From positions 57,907 to 121,906 of the forward strand of contig CALXPW010000001.1 in assembly GCA_944390365.1 (NCBI GenBank): a DNA stretch of 64,000 nt, given 5' to 3'. Positions within the stretch are counted from its first letter, which is position 1. The number at the start of each line of letters is the position of its first letter. This document shows, one piece after another, positions 31,330 to 40,803 of the stretch. The notes under the pieces were generated by a model. That model saw only the letters and a program-made list of their open reading frames with translations, did not search any database and had not been told where the DNA came from. The stretch comes from an uncultured Clostridia bacterium (lineage in GTDB: Bacteria; Bacillota; Clostridia; TANB77; CAG-508). The translations under genes and the position numbers were made by a program.

Positions 31330-31358
31330 ACTATAATATATGTTATCAGGTTTTATAC
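31330..31358 (+). promoter_or_regulatory. Near-consensus sigma-A promoter (TTGACT-N17-TATAAT) for the GC-rich small ORF
   Basis: ttgactttaccagctttttgtactataat, followed ~20 nt later by AAGGGAGG and ATG 31389. Confidence 0.6.
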
Positions 31359-31388
31359 TTGAAATAATAATAAGGGAGGCCATACATT

Positions 31389-31634
31389 ATGGCAAAAAAA
31401 CCTACGTTCGCATTTTTGTTCCCCAGTGTGGAAGCTGCAGAGGATTTCCTCAAGTACGCTAGTGCGCACATGAAATCTTCTCTGGCACAGCACCCTGTCA
31501 ACAACTCCGTTGTTGATAAAAAGCGGGTCCTCGTAAGCGGTACTGGTAGCAACGTCTATGACTGGCAGATGAGATGCGAGCTCGTAGAGTACGCAAGATC
31601 CCTTGGTGGGGATGTTGTTCCTAAGCATGTCTAA
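31389..31634 (+). CDS. Hypothetical 81-aa protein in a GC-rich island
   Basis: MAKKPTFAFLFPSVEAAEDFLKY...GGDVVPKHV. The ORF has a consensus promoter, an AAGGGAGG RBS and a clean terminator. GC here is about twice the local background. Overlapping antisense ORFs exist only because of the high GC. No family recognised. Confidence 0.5.
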   Translation: MAKKPTFAFLFPSVEAAEDFLKYASAHMKSSLAQHPVNNSVVDKKRVLVSGTGSNVYDWQMRCELVEYARSLGGDVVPKHV

Positions 31635-31665
31635 AGCGCTTAGTAACTAGTCCTACCGCAAACTA

Positions 31666-31697
31666 CCGGGAGTCCACTGGACTCCCGGTTTCTTTTA
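31666..31697 (+). terminator. Rho-independent terminator (CCGGGAGTCCA-CTGGACTCCCGG + TTTCTTTT)
   Basis: A perfect 11-bp GC-rich stem followed by a T-tract. Confidence 0.8.
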
Positions 31698-31737
31698 TTT
31701 ATGTACTTTTTTACTTCTCTTTATTTTTATATACTAT

Positions 31738-31938
31738 TTAATTTTCAGTATCTTTCTCTTCTTTTTCCACTTTTCTTACTATCATCTTAAGGGCTTTTGG
31801 TCTTTCCAGCATTATTGTATGTCCACAACCAAGGCACTTTAATTTAAAGTCTACACCTACCCTAGTAATTTCCCATAACTTACTTCCACAAGGATGTTGT
31901 TTTTTAGTTCTTACTACATCTCCTACATTGTATTCCAT
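31738..31938 (-). CDS. DUF951-family small protein
   Basis: 66 aa with the pattern GDVV..KK.HPCGS..WEI.R.G.D.K.KCLGCG..IM..R. Confidence 0.55.
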   Translation of the reverse strand: MEYNVGDVVRTKKQHPCGSKLWEITRVGVDFKLKCLGCGHTIMLERPKALKMIVRKVEKEEKDTEN

Positions 31939-32024
31939 TACCAGTCCTCCATTTACCTCTTTATTAAAAATATGTATGTTTACCTATTAAAAATAAACAT
32001 ACATACTAATTTTATTAAATCCTA

Positions 32025-33674
32025 TTATCTCATTGCCCTTTCTAAACGTTTTGTCACTACTTCTTTTCCTAGCACTTGCATTATTTCGTACATATCTGGA
32101 GTATTTGTTCTTCCTGTTAAAGCTACTCTTAAAACTGTACTTACATCTCCAACATGTGCTTTGTATGCATCTGGGTTTGCTTTGTATTCCTTTACTTCTT
32201 TTGCATAGCCTAATTCCCCTGCTAATTCCTTTATTCTGTCAAACCATGCTTGCTTATCGTCTTTTTCATTATAATACTTGTCTATGTACAATTTTAAAAT
32301 TTTATTTATTTCTTCTTTATCATTTATTACTTGGTATGGATATTCCATATCTTTATTAGAGAAAAGAGCATCATACATATATTCTATATTATACATTACG
32401 TCAGACCATTTTGATATGTCTTTTCTAGGCTTTTTATTTCCTCTTTCTATTCCAAATACTTTTAGAGCATAATCTTTATCTTCTAAAACTTTCTCTAATT
32501 CTTTATCATATTCTTGTGCCCATTTAAATGAGTTTTCGTATACTTCTTCAGCTGTCATTCTAGATATTACTGTTTTTCCTATATCCAGTAATTTAACCAT
32601 GTCAAATAAAGCACCACTTACACTCATTTTGTTTAATTGAAAATCAAATTCGTCTAAAGATTTATCTGGATTTGCTCTTCTCCAATTTTCAAATGTAGAG
32701 TTTGCTATATTCAAAAGATATTCTTTTACAGCATCTACTGGTATTCCCTCTTCTTTGTAATAGCTTACTGCTGCTTCTGGGTCTTTTCTTTTACTTAGTT
32801 TACGTTTATTTCCATTATCATTTTTCATTATTGGTGAAATATGTGCATACTTAGGTGCTTTAAATCCTAGCTCGTGGAATAATTGTAAATGTAAAGGAAC
32901 AGATGATAGCCACTCATCACTACGTATTACAAGTGTTGTTCTCATTAAATGGTCATCTACTGCATGCGCAAAATGGTATGTTGGAAGGCCATCTGCTTTT
33001 ATTATAACTATGTCTTGGTCATTTTCTGGAAAATCTACATTTCCTTTTATTAAATCGTGATGTTTTATTTTTCTGTCTTCTCTGCCTGGAGATTTAAAAC
33101 GAATGATGTAATTTTCTCCATTTTTTATTTTTTCTGCTGCCTCTTCTACACTTAAGTTTCTACATTTTGCCCATACGCCATAATATCCTGTCCTTACTTT
33201 GGCACTTTCTTGTTTTTTTCTTGTTTCTTCTAACTCCTCTGTAGTACAAAAGCATGGATATGCTTTTCCTTGCTCTAACATATATTTTGCATAAGATTGG
33301 TATATTTCTTTTCTTAAAGATTGTTTATATGGTCCATAATTTCCCTTTTCTTCAGTTTCTGTAACCATACCTTCATCTGGTAATATATCAAAATCTTTTA
33401 AAGAATTTACTATTCCTGTAACACCATTTTCTACTTCTCTTTTTTGGTCTGTATCTTCTACTCTTAAGAAAAATACACCGCCTGTTTTTTTAGTCATCTC
33501 TTTTGCAACTAAGGCTTGGTATAGTCCACCAATATGCACAAATCCTGTTGGGCTTGGTGCAAATCTAGACACAACTGCTCCTTCAGGCAAATTTCTTTCT
33601 GGATATTTTTCTTCGTAGTATGAAATGTCCTTTGCGTCTGGAAATATTAAATCTGCTAAGTCTTTATAATTCAT
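32025..33674 (-). CDS. gltX: Glutamate--tRNA ligase
   Basis: Class I: RFAPSPTGFVHIGG (a HIGH variant) and KLSKRK (KMSKS). 549 aa. Confidence 0.9.
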   Translation of the reverse strand: MNYKDLADLIFPDAKDISYYEEKYPERNLPEGAVVSRFAPSPTGFVHIGGLYQALVAKEMTKKTGGVFFLRVEDTDQKREVENGVTGIVNSLKDFDILPDEGMVTETEEKGNYGPYKQSLRKEIYQSYAKYMLEQGKAYPCFCTTEELEETRKKQESAKVRTGYYGVWAKCRNLSVEEAAEKIKNGENYIIRFKSPGREDRKIKHHDLIKGNVDFPENDQDIVIIKADGLPTYHFAHAVDDHLMRTTLVIRSDEWLSSVPLHLQLFHELGFKAPKYAHISPIMKNDNGNKRKLSKRKDPEAAVSYYKEEGIPVDAVKEYLLNIANSTFENWRRANPDKSLDEFDFQLNKMSVSGALFDMVKLLDIGKTVISRMTAEEVYENSFKWAQEYDKELEKVLEDKDYALKVFGIERGNKKPRKDISKWSDVMYNIEYMYDALFSNKDMEYPYQVINDKEEINKILKLYIDKYYNEKDDKQAWFDRIKELAGELGYAKEVKEYKANPDAYKAHVGDVSTVLRVALTGRTNTPDMYEIMQVLGKEVVTKRLERAMR

Positions 33675-33860
33675 AAATCTCCCTCTCTTTTTTATGTGAA
33701 CAAAAAGGATTGTTCCTTTAGTTCGTTGCTTAAAAATTTCTTGTATATTATATATTATTTTTTAGTAATTTACAATAGTAATATTTTTATTTTTCTATTT
33801 ACATAATTGATTATTTATAGTAAAATATATTTGCACTATAAGTTAAAGGAGAACTAAATC

Positions 33861-34598
33861 ATGAAGCAGACTTTGTATATAAACATTGATGATTCTGGAA
33901 AACTAGTAGATACCGAAAAGGTTGCTATTTATGCAGGATTAGTCTTTACATCTAAAAAAGAAAAAGATAGATTTATTACTCAATATCGCAGTATCGTACA
34001 AAATATAAAATGTAAATATTGCAACCAGAATATTGCGATTTGTAGAAGTAATAAATCCTGCCCTGAATTAAAACATAATATGTTAAAAGCTAAACATAAT
34101 AGGCAACTTATGAATTATATCAAAAAATATTCCACAATATGTTGTATAATAAATAATGATAAAGTATATCCAAATATAAAAGCAGATACTGCTTCTAGAG
34201 GTAGATTTTTAGATTATTCACTAAAGTTGTTAATAAAGCAAGTGATAAAGAATATGATTAGAGAAAAGAAAATAAATCCAGATTTACCAATTAAATTAGT
34301 AATAAATATTGATGAGCAAACAACTAAAACTAATGGATATTATAATCTACGAGATGGCATTATTGAAGAATTAAAATACGGGATTTTTAATTACAATTAT
34401 AGTTATTTTAATACACCAATAGTAAATTCTGATTTAGAAGTAGATGTTTGCTATCAAAAATCTGAAAAAAGTTACCTAATTCAAGCATCTGACTTAGTAG
34501 CAGGAACAGTTCGTAGACTTTACCTAAATAATACAAATAATCTATTAGAATTTTCAAAAAGAATAGAGTTCATAAATTATAAAATTTTTTTACCATAA
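33861..34598 (+). CDS. DUF3800-family protein
   Basis: N-terminal LYINIDDSGK and C-terminal LIQASDLVAGTVRR are the two hallmarks of DUF3800. It is a single plus-strand gene between minus-strand gltX and rnj. Confidence 0.65.
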   Translation: MKQTLYINIDDSGKLVDTEKVAIYAGLVFTSKKEKDRFITQYRSIVQNIKCKYCNQNIAICRSNKSCPELKHNMLKAKHNRQLMNYIKKYSTICCIINNDKVYPNIKADTASRGRFLDYSLKLLIKQVIKNMIREKKINPDLPIKLVINIDEQTTKTNGYYNLRDGIIEELKYGIFNYNYSYFNTPIVNSDLEVDVCYQKSEKSYLIQASDLVAGTVRRLYLNNTNNLLEFSKRIEFINYKIFLP

Positions 34599-34617
34599 AA
34601 TCTATATAGTAAATGAA

Positions 34618-34641
34618 AAGAGGCTACTTAAGTAGCCTCTT
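34618..34641. terminator. Perfect palindrome AAGAGGCTACTT/AAGTAGCCTCTT after the DUF3800 gene (possible bidirectional terminator)
   Basis: A 24-bp perfect inverted repeat. The T-tract is weak on the plus strand and modest on the minus strand. Confidence 0.4.
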
Positions 34642-34825
34642 CCCAACTAGACTGACGTACTTAACATACGCTTAATTATTTAAAATCAGTATCTAGCTAT
34701 CGACCGAACAAAGGTATATTGCCTTCTGGTATAATAATTGTAACATCTTGAGAAAAAAATGTCAACAATTATATCTTTATTTTATTCAAAAAATGAAAAA
34801 ATATTCTTCTACTACAACAAAAATT

Positions 34826-36769
34826 CTACACTTCCATAATAATAGGCAAAATCATCGGATTACGTTTAGTTCTTTGGAATATATAGTCTCTAAGGTCATC
34901 TTTTAATGTTGATTTTATTGTTGACCAATCTCTTACTCCCTCTTCCTCAAATGTTTTTACTTCTTGTTTAATAACTCTTTTTACATCATCCATTAGGGTT
35001 TCAGATTCTCTAACATATACAAATCCTCTAGATACAACGTCTGGTCCTGACACGATTTCTCCTGTAGAACTATCCATTGTCATAACTATTACTATCAATC
35101 CATCTTGTGATAGATGTTGTCTATCTCTTAATACTATGTTTCCAACATCTCCAACTCCTAAACCGTCTACTAGTATTTTTCCTGATGGAACTGAAGTTGT
35201 TATTTTAGCTTCTTTTTTGTTTAGTTCTAGTGTTTTACCATTTTCTAGTATAAATATATTTTCTGCTGGTATTCCCATTTCTTTGGCTGTTTCTGCATGT
35301 GCTCTTAATTGTCTATATTCACCATGAACTGGCATAAAGTATTTTGGTTTTGCAAGTGAAATTATTAGTTTTTGCTCTTCTTGGCAAGCGTGTCCTGATA
35401 CGTGAACATTTTCTAATGCACTATATATAACTTCTGCACCAATTTGCATTAAGTCGTTTATTACATTTGATACCAATTTTTCATTTCCTGGAATTGGAGT
35501 AGCAGAAATTATTACCATATCATTTGGTGTGATTACTACTTTTTTATGCTCTCCTGCAGCCATTCTTGTTAAGGCTGACATAGTTTCTCCTTGGCTTCCT
35601 GTTGTTATTATTACTAATTGGTCATCTGTATAATTTTTTATCATATCTATGTCTATAAACATGTTTTCTGGTGCATCAATGTAACCTATTTCTCTAGCCG
35701 TTTCTATCATGTTTATCATGCTTCTACCACAAACTGCAATTTTTCTACCATATTTTTCAGCAGAATTAACAATTTGTTGCACTCTGTGTACATTTGATGC
35801 AAATGTTGCTACAACTATTCTTTTTTTGTTGTTTTGGAATAGTCTATCAAATACATCTCCTATTGTTCTTTCTGACATAGTATAACCTTTTCTTTCAGAG
35901 TTTGTACTATCTGACATTAGTGCTAAAACACCTTTATTTCCAAGTTCAGCAATTCTTCCTAGGTCCATTATTTTGTCATCAATAGGTGTAAAGTCTACTT
36001 TAAAGTCTCCTGTGTGTAGTACAACGCCTACTGGTGTGTGTATTGCAAGCATTACTGAGTCTGGTATACTATGGCTACTTCTAATAAATTCTACTTTAAT
36101 ATTTCCAAAGTTTATAGTTTGTCCTTGTTCTACTGTAACTAGTTTTGTAGAAGCAAGTAATTTATGCTCCTCTAATTTGTTTTTGATTAGTCCTACTGTT
36201 AGTCTAGTTGCATAAATTGGTATATTTATTTGTTTTAATACATAAGGAATTGCTCCTATATGGTCTTCATGTCCGTGTGTTACCACTAAACCTTTTATTT
36301 TTTCCTTATTTTTCTCTAAATATGTTATATCTGGTATTACTAAGTCTACACCTAACATATCATCTTCTGGGAACTCTAGTCCACAGTCCACTAAAACTAT
36401 TTCGTTTCCATATTCAAAAACAGTTATGTTTTTTCCTATTTCGTCTAATCCACCAAGTGGTATAATTTTTAAATTATCTTTTTTAAACTCAAATTTTGGT
36501 GTATTATTCCTTTTCTTTGATTCCATTCTTCTTGATATGTTTTCTTTTATTTCATTTGCGTTTGGTTTGTTTTCAATTTTAACTTCTTTTTCACTAAGTT
36601 TGTTTTCATTTCTTGGTTTTCTTTCATTATAACCATTCTCGTTTCTTACTTCTTTTTTATTAGAATTAGATTGCCCTTCGTCTTTTCTTGTATTTCTTCT
36701 AGGCATTCTTCTTTTTTTTGTTTCTGTTTTTATAAAAACAGTTTTCTCCATTGTATCATTGTTTTCCAT
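34826..36769 (-). CDS. rnj: Ribonuclease J with a ~95-aa basic low-complexity N-terminal extension
   Basis: Metallo-beta-lactamase HxHxDH (VVTHGHEDHIG), a beta-CASP domain and the C-terminal domain. The N-terminal ~95 residues are K/R/N/E-rich and precede the usual LKIIPLGGLDEIGKN start region. Confidence 0.9.
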   Translation of the reverse strand: MENNDTMEKTVFIKTETKKRRMPRRNTRKDEGQSNSNKKEVRNENGYNERKPRNENKLSEKEVKIENKPNANEIKENISRRMESKKRNNTPKFEFKKDNLKIIPLGGLDEIGKNITVFEYGNEIVLVDCGLEFPEDDMLGVDLVIPDITYLEKNKEKIKGLVVTHGHEDHIGAIPYVLKQINIPIYATRLTVGLIKNKLEEHKLLASTKLVTVEQGQTINFGNIKVEFIRSSHSIPDSVMLAIHTPVGVVLHTGDFKVDFTPIDDKIMDLGRIAELGNKGVLALMSDSTNSERKGYTMSERTIGDVFDRLFQNNKKRIVVATFASNVHRVQQIVNSAEKYGRKIAVCGRSMINMIETAREIGYIDAPENMFIDIDMIKNYTDDQLVIITTGSQGETMSALTRMAAGEHKKVVITPNDMVIISATPIPGNEKLVSNVINDLMQIGAEVIYSALENVHVSGHACQEEQKLIISLAKPKYFMPVHGEYRQLRAHAETAKEMGIPAENIFILENGKTLELNKKEAKITTSVPSGKILVDGLGVGDVGNIVLRDRQHLSQDGLIVIVMTMDSSTGEIVSGPDVVSRGFVYVRESETLMDDVKRVIKQEVKTFEEEGVRDWSTIKSTLKDDLRDYIFQRTKRNPMILPIIMEV

Positions 36770-37206
36770 TTAAGTTAAATCTCTCCTTTTCTAAATATAT
36801 TTTCGTTTTATGTCACTAAAAAATAAATTTATATACAATCTAATATAAAAATCTCTTTTATTTACAATTACATTTTATCCATATTTTTTATATGTATTCA
36901 AACTTTCTAAATATACATATAAAAAACAAAAGTAATTTATATAATATTATAAATTACTTTTAATTTTGCACAAAAACATTATAAAATTGATTTACTTACA
37001 CTTCTATTTTTCCATTATCACATAAAACATGCCTATTATATTTTCCGGACCATAAGCATATTTCTATATTATCTATAATTTTATAATCTCACTTTAATAA
37101 TTTACAATATTATATTCTTCAAACTATATATAAATCTCTTCTTTACCGTATTTTGGTAACAACTGTAAACTATTATACTATGTTTTATTATATTTGTCAA
37201 ATCTGA

Positions 37207-38091
37207 CTAGAGAATTGCTCCTATCATACCAGCATCATTCTTTAATTCTGCTAGTAATATTTTAGGTATATCATCTTTGTTAAATGTATATTTTCTTTTT
37301 TTCATTTCTGTCACAAGTTTTTCATAAAATAAATCTTTAAAATATACAAAGCTACCTCCAAAACTGATTGCTTCTGGCTCAAAAACATCAATTACATTTG
37401 ATAGTCCTATTATTAGGTTATCTATATATTCATCTATTAATTTTTTTATTTCATAGCTATCTTTATTTCTTTTTATTTCTTCTAGTAACTCTTCTGATGT
37501 TATATTATCTATATTTAGTAACTTTTTAGCTTTCTCTTTAAATCTTTTCATCGCGCAATATGTTTCAAAGCAACCCTTTTTACCACAATTACATTGCTCT
37601 CCATTTCTATCTATCACAATATGTCCTAACTCGAATCCAATATGTTTATTTGCTTGTAACAACTTTCCATTAAGAAATACAGCAGAACCAATTCCAGTAC
37701 CCAAGCATAAAAATACAGCATCATTGTATTCTTTTAGAGAACCATATTTAAACTCTGCTAAACCTGCTGCTTTTGAATCATTTTTTAATTTTATTGGTAT
37801 ATTATGCTTTTCCAAAATACTTTTTAATTCTAACTTTTCTATGCCTAAATTTACTAAATTTGAAATAGTTAAATCATTAACTTTTGGATTACCTGGACTT
37901 GCTATTCCTATTAGTTCTATGTTGTTATTTTGTTTAAACTTGCTTATGTAAAAATCTATTATTTCTAAAATTTCTGATTCTATATTTTCTTTTTTTTCAA
38001 TATCCATTTCAAATTTTTCCAAAATTTCATTCTCATCATTTATTAAAGCAATTCCAATATGGCTTCCACCTAAATCAATTCCAATTTTCAT
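37207..38091 (-). CDS. ROK-family glucokinase
   Basis: MKIGIDLGGSHIGIAL at the N-terminus and the ROK Cys motif region (CNCGKKGCFETYC). The start is taken at ATG 38091. The ORF-track extension to 38265 runs through repeat copy C and is not coding. Confidence 0.8.
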   Translation of the reverse strand: MKIGIDLGGSHIGIALINDENEILEKFEMDIEKKENIESEILEIIDFYISKFKQNNNIELIGIASPGNPKVNDLTISNLVNLGIEKLELKSILEKHNIPIKLKNDSKAAGLAEFKYGSLKEYNDAVFLCLGTGIGSAVFLNGKLLQANKHIGFELGHIVIDRNGEQCNCGKKGCFETYCAMKRFKEKAKKLLNIDNITSEELLEEIKRNKDSYEIKKLIDEYIDNLIIGLSNVIDVFEPEAISFGGSFVYFKDLFYEKLVTEMKKRKYTFNKDDIPKILLAELKNDAGMIGAIL

Positions 38092-38122
38092 TTTTTTATC
38101 ATCCCTTTCTACAAAAAATTTA

Positions 38123-38272
38123 GCAAATAATGTATGTTTAAAATTTTTATTGGAGTTCTTAAGGTGGGGACCGACAAGTTTACAAACTGTAAAATTAAGC
38201 GTTAGCGAAAATTTATACAGTTTGTACGTAGTTGGGGGCCGACAATAAAAATTTAAAACATACATTATTTGC
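38123..38272 (+). repeat. Palindromic repeat family 1, copy C
   Basis: TIRs GCAAATAATGTATGTTTAAAATTTTTATTGG / CCGACAATAAAAATTTAAAACATACATTATTTGC. Core GAGTTCTTAAGGTGGGGACCGACAAGTTTACAAACTGT...ACAGTTTGTACGTAGTTGGGGGCCG. Confidence 0.85.
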
Positions 38273-38286
38273 TTTTTTTATAAATA

Positions 38287-39642
38287 TTATATTGGCAAAT
38301 CTACCGCGTCAAATAGCCATGTACCCATATATAATTGTATACATGGAACTATAATTACGATAACTAGGAATATTAAGAATATACCAACTATAGAATATAC
38401 TACTTGTGGTAATACCGCCATAACTTTTTGCATTAAGTTGTTTATATCCATTTCCATATATTCTACTATTTTCCTCATCATTTCTGGTAAGTCTGTTTGC
38501 ATACCTATTTTTAACATTTCTGTTTGCATTGATGAGCAAAGTCCAGAATTTTCAAATGGTTCTATCCAAGATGCACCAATTAATATATTGTTTATTGCTG
38601 TTTCAATAATTGAAAGTAGTACATAGTTTTTAACAACCGCCTTACTAACTTCTAATGATTCCTGAATTCTCATTCCATTTTCTAGGTTTAATAGCATTGC
38701 TCTCATAAGTCTTGAAAAGTCCATTGCAAATATCAATTTTCCGAAAATCGGCATTTTATATTTAAAATAATGAAAATTATATTTTCCTTTTGGTGTATTT
38801 ACATATAGCACTACAAGACCTGTGACTATTGCAATCATAATTACTGGTATATACCAAACATTAATAAATCCATTACAAAAATCAACAAACCATAATGTTA
38901 TTTCTGGCAATGTTTCTGTTGTCCCTGCATCTGAGAAAGCATCTTGTATCATTGGAATAATATATGCAACACCAAAAATTAAAATTGCAATTATTGCCAA
39001 TAATTGTAGTACATTTGGTATTATAATTTTTCTTAATCTATTACCTGTTGTATCTACGTCCTCAAGATATTTAACTGCTTGTTCTAATGATTTTGTTAGC
39101 GATCCTGATAATTCTCCAACTCTTATCATATTCGTATAAATATAAGGAAATATATTTGAATAGTATTCCATTGTTGTATACATGTATTCTCCGGATTCAA
39201 CTCCAGCTAAAATATCCTGTAAAACTCCTCTTAACGAAAGATTCTCTGTACTATCAATAATAGTACTTAGTGCATGTATATTATTGAAGTTTGCCTTTTT
39301 TAATAAATAAAAGTTTTGTGTAAATATTACAATATCTCTTGTAGTTATTTTTTCATCTCTTGATAATGCTAAATTTACTCTTTCCTTTAATGAAGGTTTT
39401 GTTCTTTCTCTACCTTGCATTATATTAGCAGAATCAGCTTGTTTCATAATATCATCGATATCCATTATATTTCTTCTGTTTGCTTTAGCTTTTCTGCTTT
39501 TATAACCAACTTGTATAATGCTTATAGGAAGTAAATCATTATTTTTTAGCTTTTTTACGAGATTGTTTTTGTTTACATCCTCTACTCTATTTCGCACGAT
39601 CTGTCCTTTTGACGTTACTGCTCTATAAATATATTCTGGCAT
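38287..39642 (-). CDS. pilC: Type IV pilus assembly platform protein PilC (GspF family)
   Basis: 451 aa, polytopic membrane protein with T2SS-F repeats. It is the last gene of the pilus cluster. Confidence 0.8.
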   Translation of the reverse strand: MPEYIYRAVTSKGQIVRNRVEDVNKNNLVKKLKNNDLLPISIIQVGYKSRKAKANRRNIMDIDDIMKQADSANIMQGRERTKPSLKERVNLALSRDEKITTRDIVIFTQNFYLLKKANFNNIHALSTIIDSTENLSLRGVLQDILAGVESGEYMYTTMEYYSNIFPYIYTNMIRVGELSGSLTKSLEQAVKYLEDVDTTGNRLRKIIIPNVLQLLAIIAILIFGVAYIIPMIQDAFSDAGTTETLPEITLWFVDFCNGFINVWYIPVIMIAIVTGLVVLYVNTPKGKYNFHYFKYKMPIFGKLIFAMDFSRLMRAMLLNLENGMRIQESLEVSKAVVKNYVLLSIIETAINNILIGASWIEPFENSGLCSSMQTEMLKIGMQTDLPEMMRKIVEYMEMDINNLMQKVMAVLPQVVYSIVGIFLIFLVIVIIVPCIQLYMGTWLFDAVDLPI

Positions 39643-39676
39643 TTTTTCTCCTTTCTACAAAATATTAATTACTGAT

Positions 39677-40786
39677 CTATTTATTAATTTTTTCTTTCTT
39701 TATTTTTAATTGCATTATAGTTCTATTTAATGTTTCTATATTTTTTTCTTCAATTTGTGCCTTTGCTTGATCTAACGTTATAACATCATCCACAAATAAC
39801 TCAGCAATTGAGTTTATTAAACCTATGCTACCTTTTTCTAGATTACTTTGAATAGCATCTTCTATTTCTGATACACTTATTTTTTCTTTTCTTATTATAC
39901 CAGAAACAATGTTATCTACAACCATTACTTCTGGAACTAATACTAACTTTCCTGATTTTGATGGTAATAATCTTTGAGAAATAACAAGCTTTAATAATGA
40001 AGATATTAAGTATTTTACTGTTTGTTGATCTCTTATTTCATAAAAGTTTACCATTCTATCGATAGTCTCTGCACAAGATTTTGTGTGAAGTGTTCCTATA
40101 ACTAAATGTCCTGCTTCTGCTGTTTCTATTGCTGCCTCCATTGTTTCTCTATCTCTAATCTCTCCTATTACTAGTATATCACAGTCCTCTCTTAAACAGT
40201 TCTTTACACCATCACTATAGCATAAGCAATCTCTTCCTGCACCAATTTCTTTTTGCACTATAACAGATTTTTTACTTGTGTGTTTATACTCTACTGGGCT
40301 CTCTAGTGTTAGTATTTTTTTGTTCTGATTCTCATTTATTTCATTTATTAACGCATTTAAAGTTGTTGTTTTACCCGAGTTAGTTTTTCCTGTAACTAAT
40401 ATTAAGCCTTGTGGTTGATATGTCATTCTTCTTACTATATCTGGTACACCTAATTCTTCATATGTTGGTAATTCGTTTTTTATAAGTCTTAGGGTGAATA
40501 TTGGTATTTCGTCTGCTAAAGAAATATTTACCCTTAGACGTATATCTTCAAATTCATACGACATATCTAGTTTTTTAGTTTCTTTAAAAACATTATCCTT
40601 ATCCACATTTCCTCTTACAAAATAATCATATATATCATACATATCATCTTCTGATAATGGTGATGGGCATTCATATTCAATTAAATCTCTTCTAATTCTT
40701 AGCATAGGCTTTAAGTTACATATTAAGTGAACATCTGATGCATCTTTTTCCTTTGCTGTATCTAAAACTTTATCAATATCTATCAT
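39677..40786 (-). CDS. pilT: Type IV pilus retraction ATPase PilT
   Basis: 369 aa. Walker A GKTNSGKTTT, and the size and pattern of PilT-class secretion ATPases. Confidence 0.8.
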   Translation of the reverse strand: MIDIDKVLDTAKEKDASDVHLICNLKPMLRIRRDLIEYECPSPLSEDDMYDIYDYFVRGNVDKDNVFKETKKLDMSYEFEDIRLRVNISLADEIPIFTLRLIKNELPTYEELGVPDIVRRMTYQPQGLILVTGKTNSGKTTTLNALINEINENQNKKILTLESPVEYKHTSKKSVIVQKEIGAGRDCLCYSDGVKNCLREDCDILVIGEIRDRETMEAAIETAEAGHLVIGTLHTKSCAETIDRMVNFYEIRDQQTVKYLISSLLKLVISQRLLPSKSGKLVLVPEVMVVDNIVSGIIRKEKISVSEIEDAIQSNLEKGSIGLINSIAELFVDDVITLDQAKAQIEEKNIETLNRTIMQLKIKKEKINK

Positions 40787-40803
40787 TGGTTACCTCCAAA
40801 ATA

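Noticed and set aside
31380-31700. GC-rich island 1 as tmRNA, SRP RNA, RNase P RNA or 6S RNA
   Set aside because: There is no tRNA-like terminus, no SRP domain IV motif and no RNase P conserved regions recognisable by eye. The region has a clean RBS-ATG-ORF-terminator gene structure. This still needs an Rfam scan to exclude fully.
38092-38265. N-terminal 58-codon extension of the ROK glucokinase ORF
   Set aside because: It runs through repeat copy C. The conserved ROK N-terminus MKIGIDLGG begins at ATG 38091.
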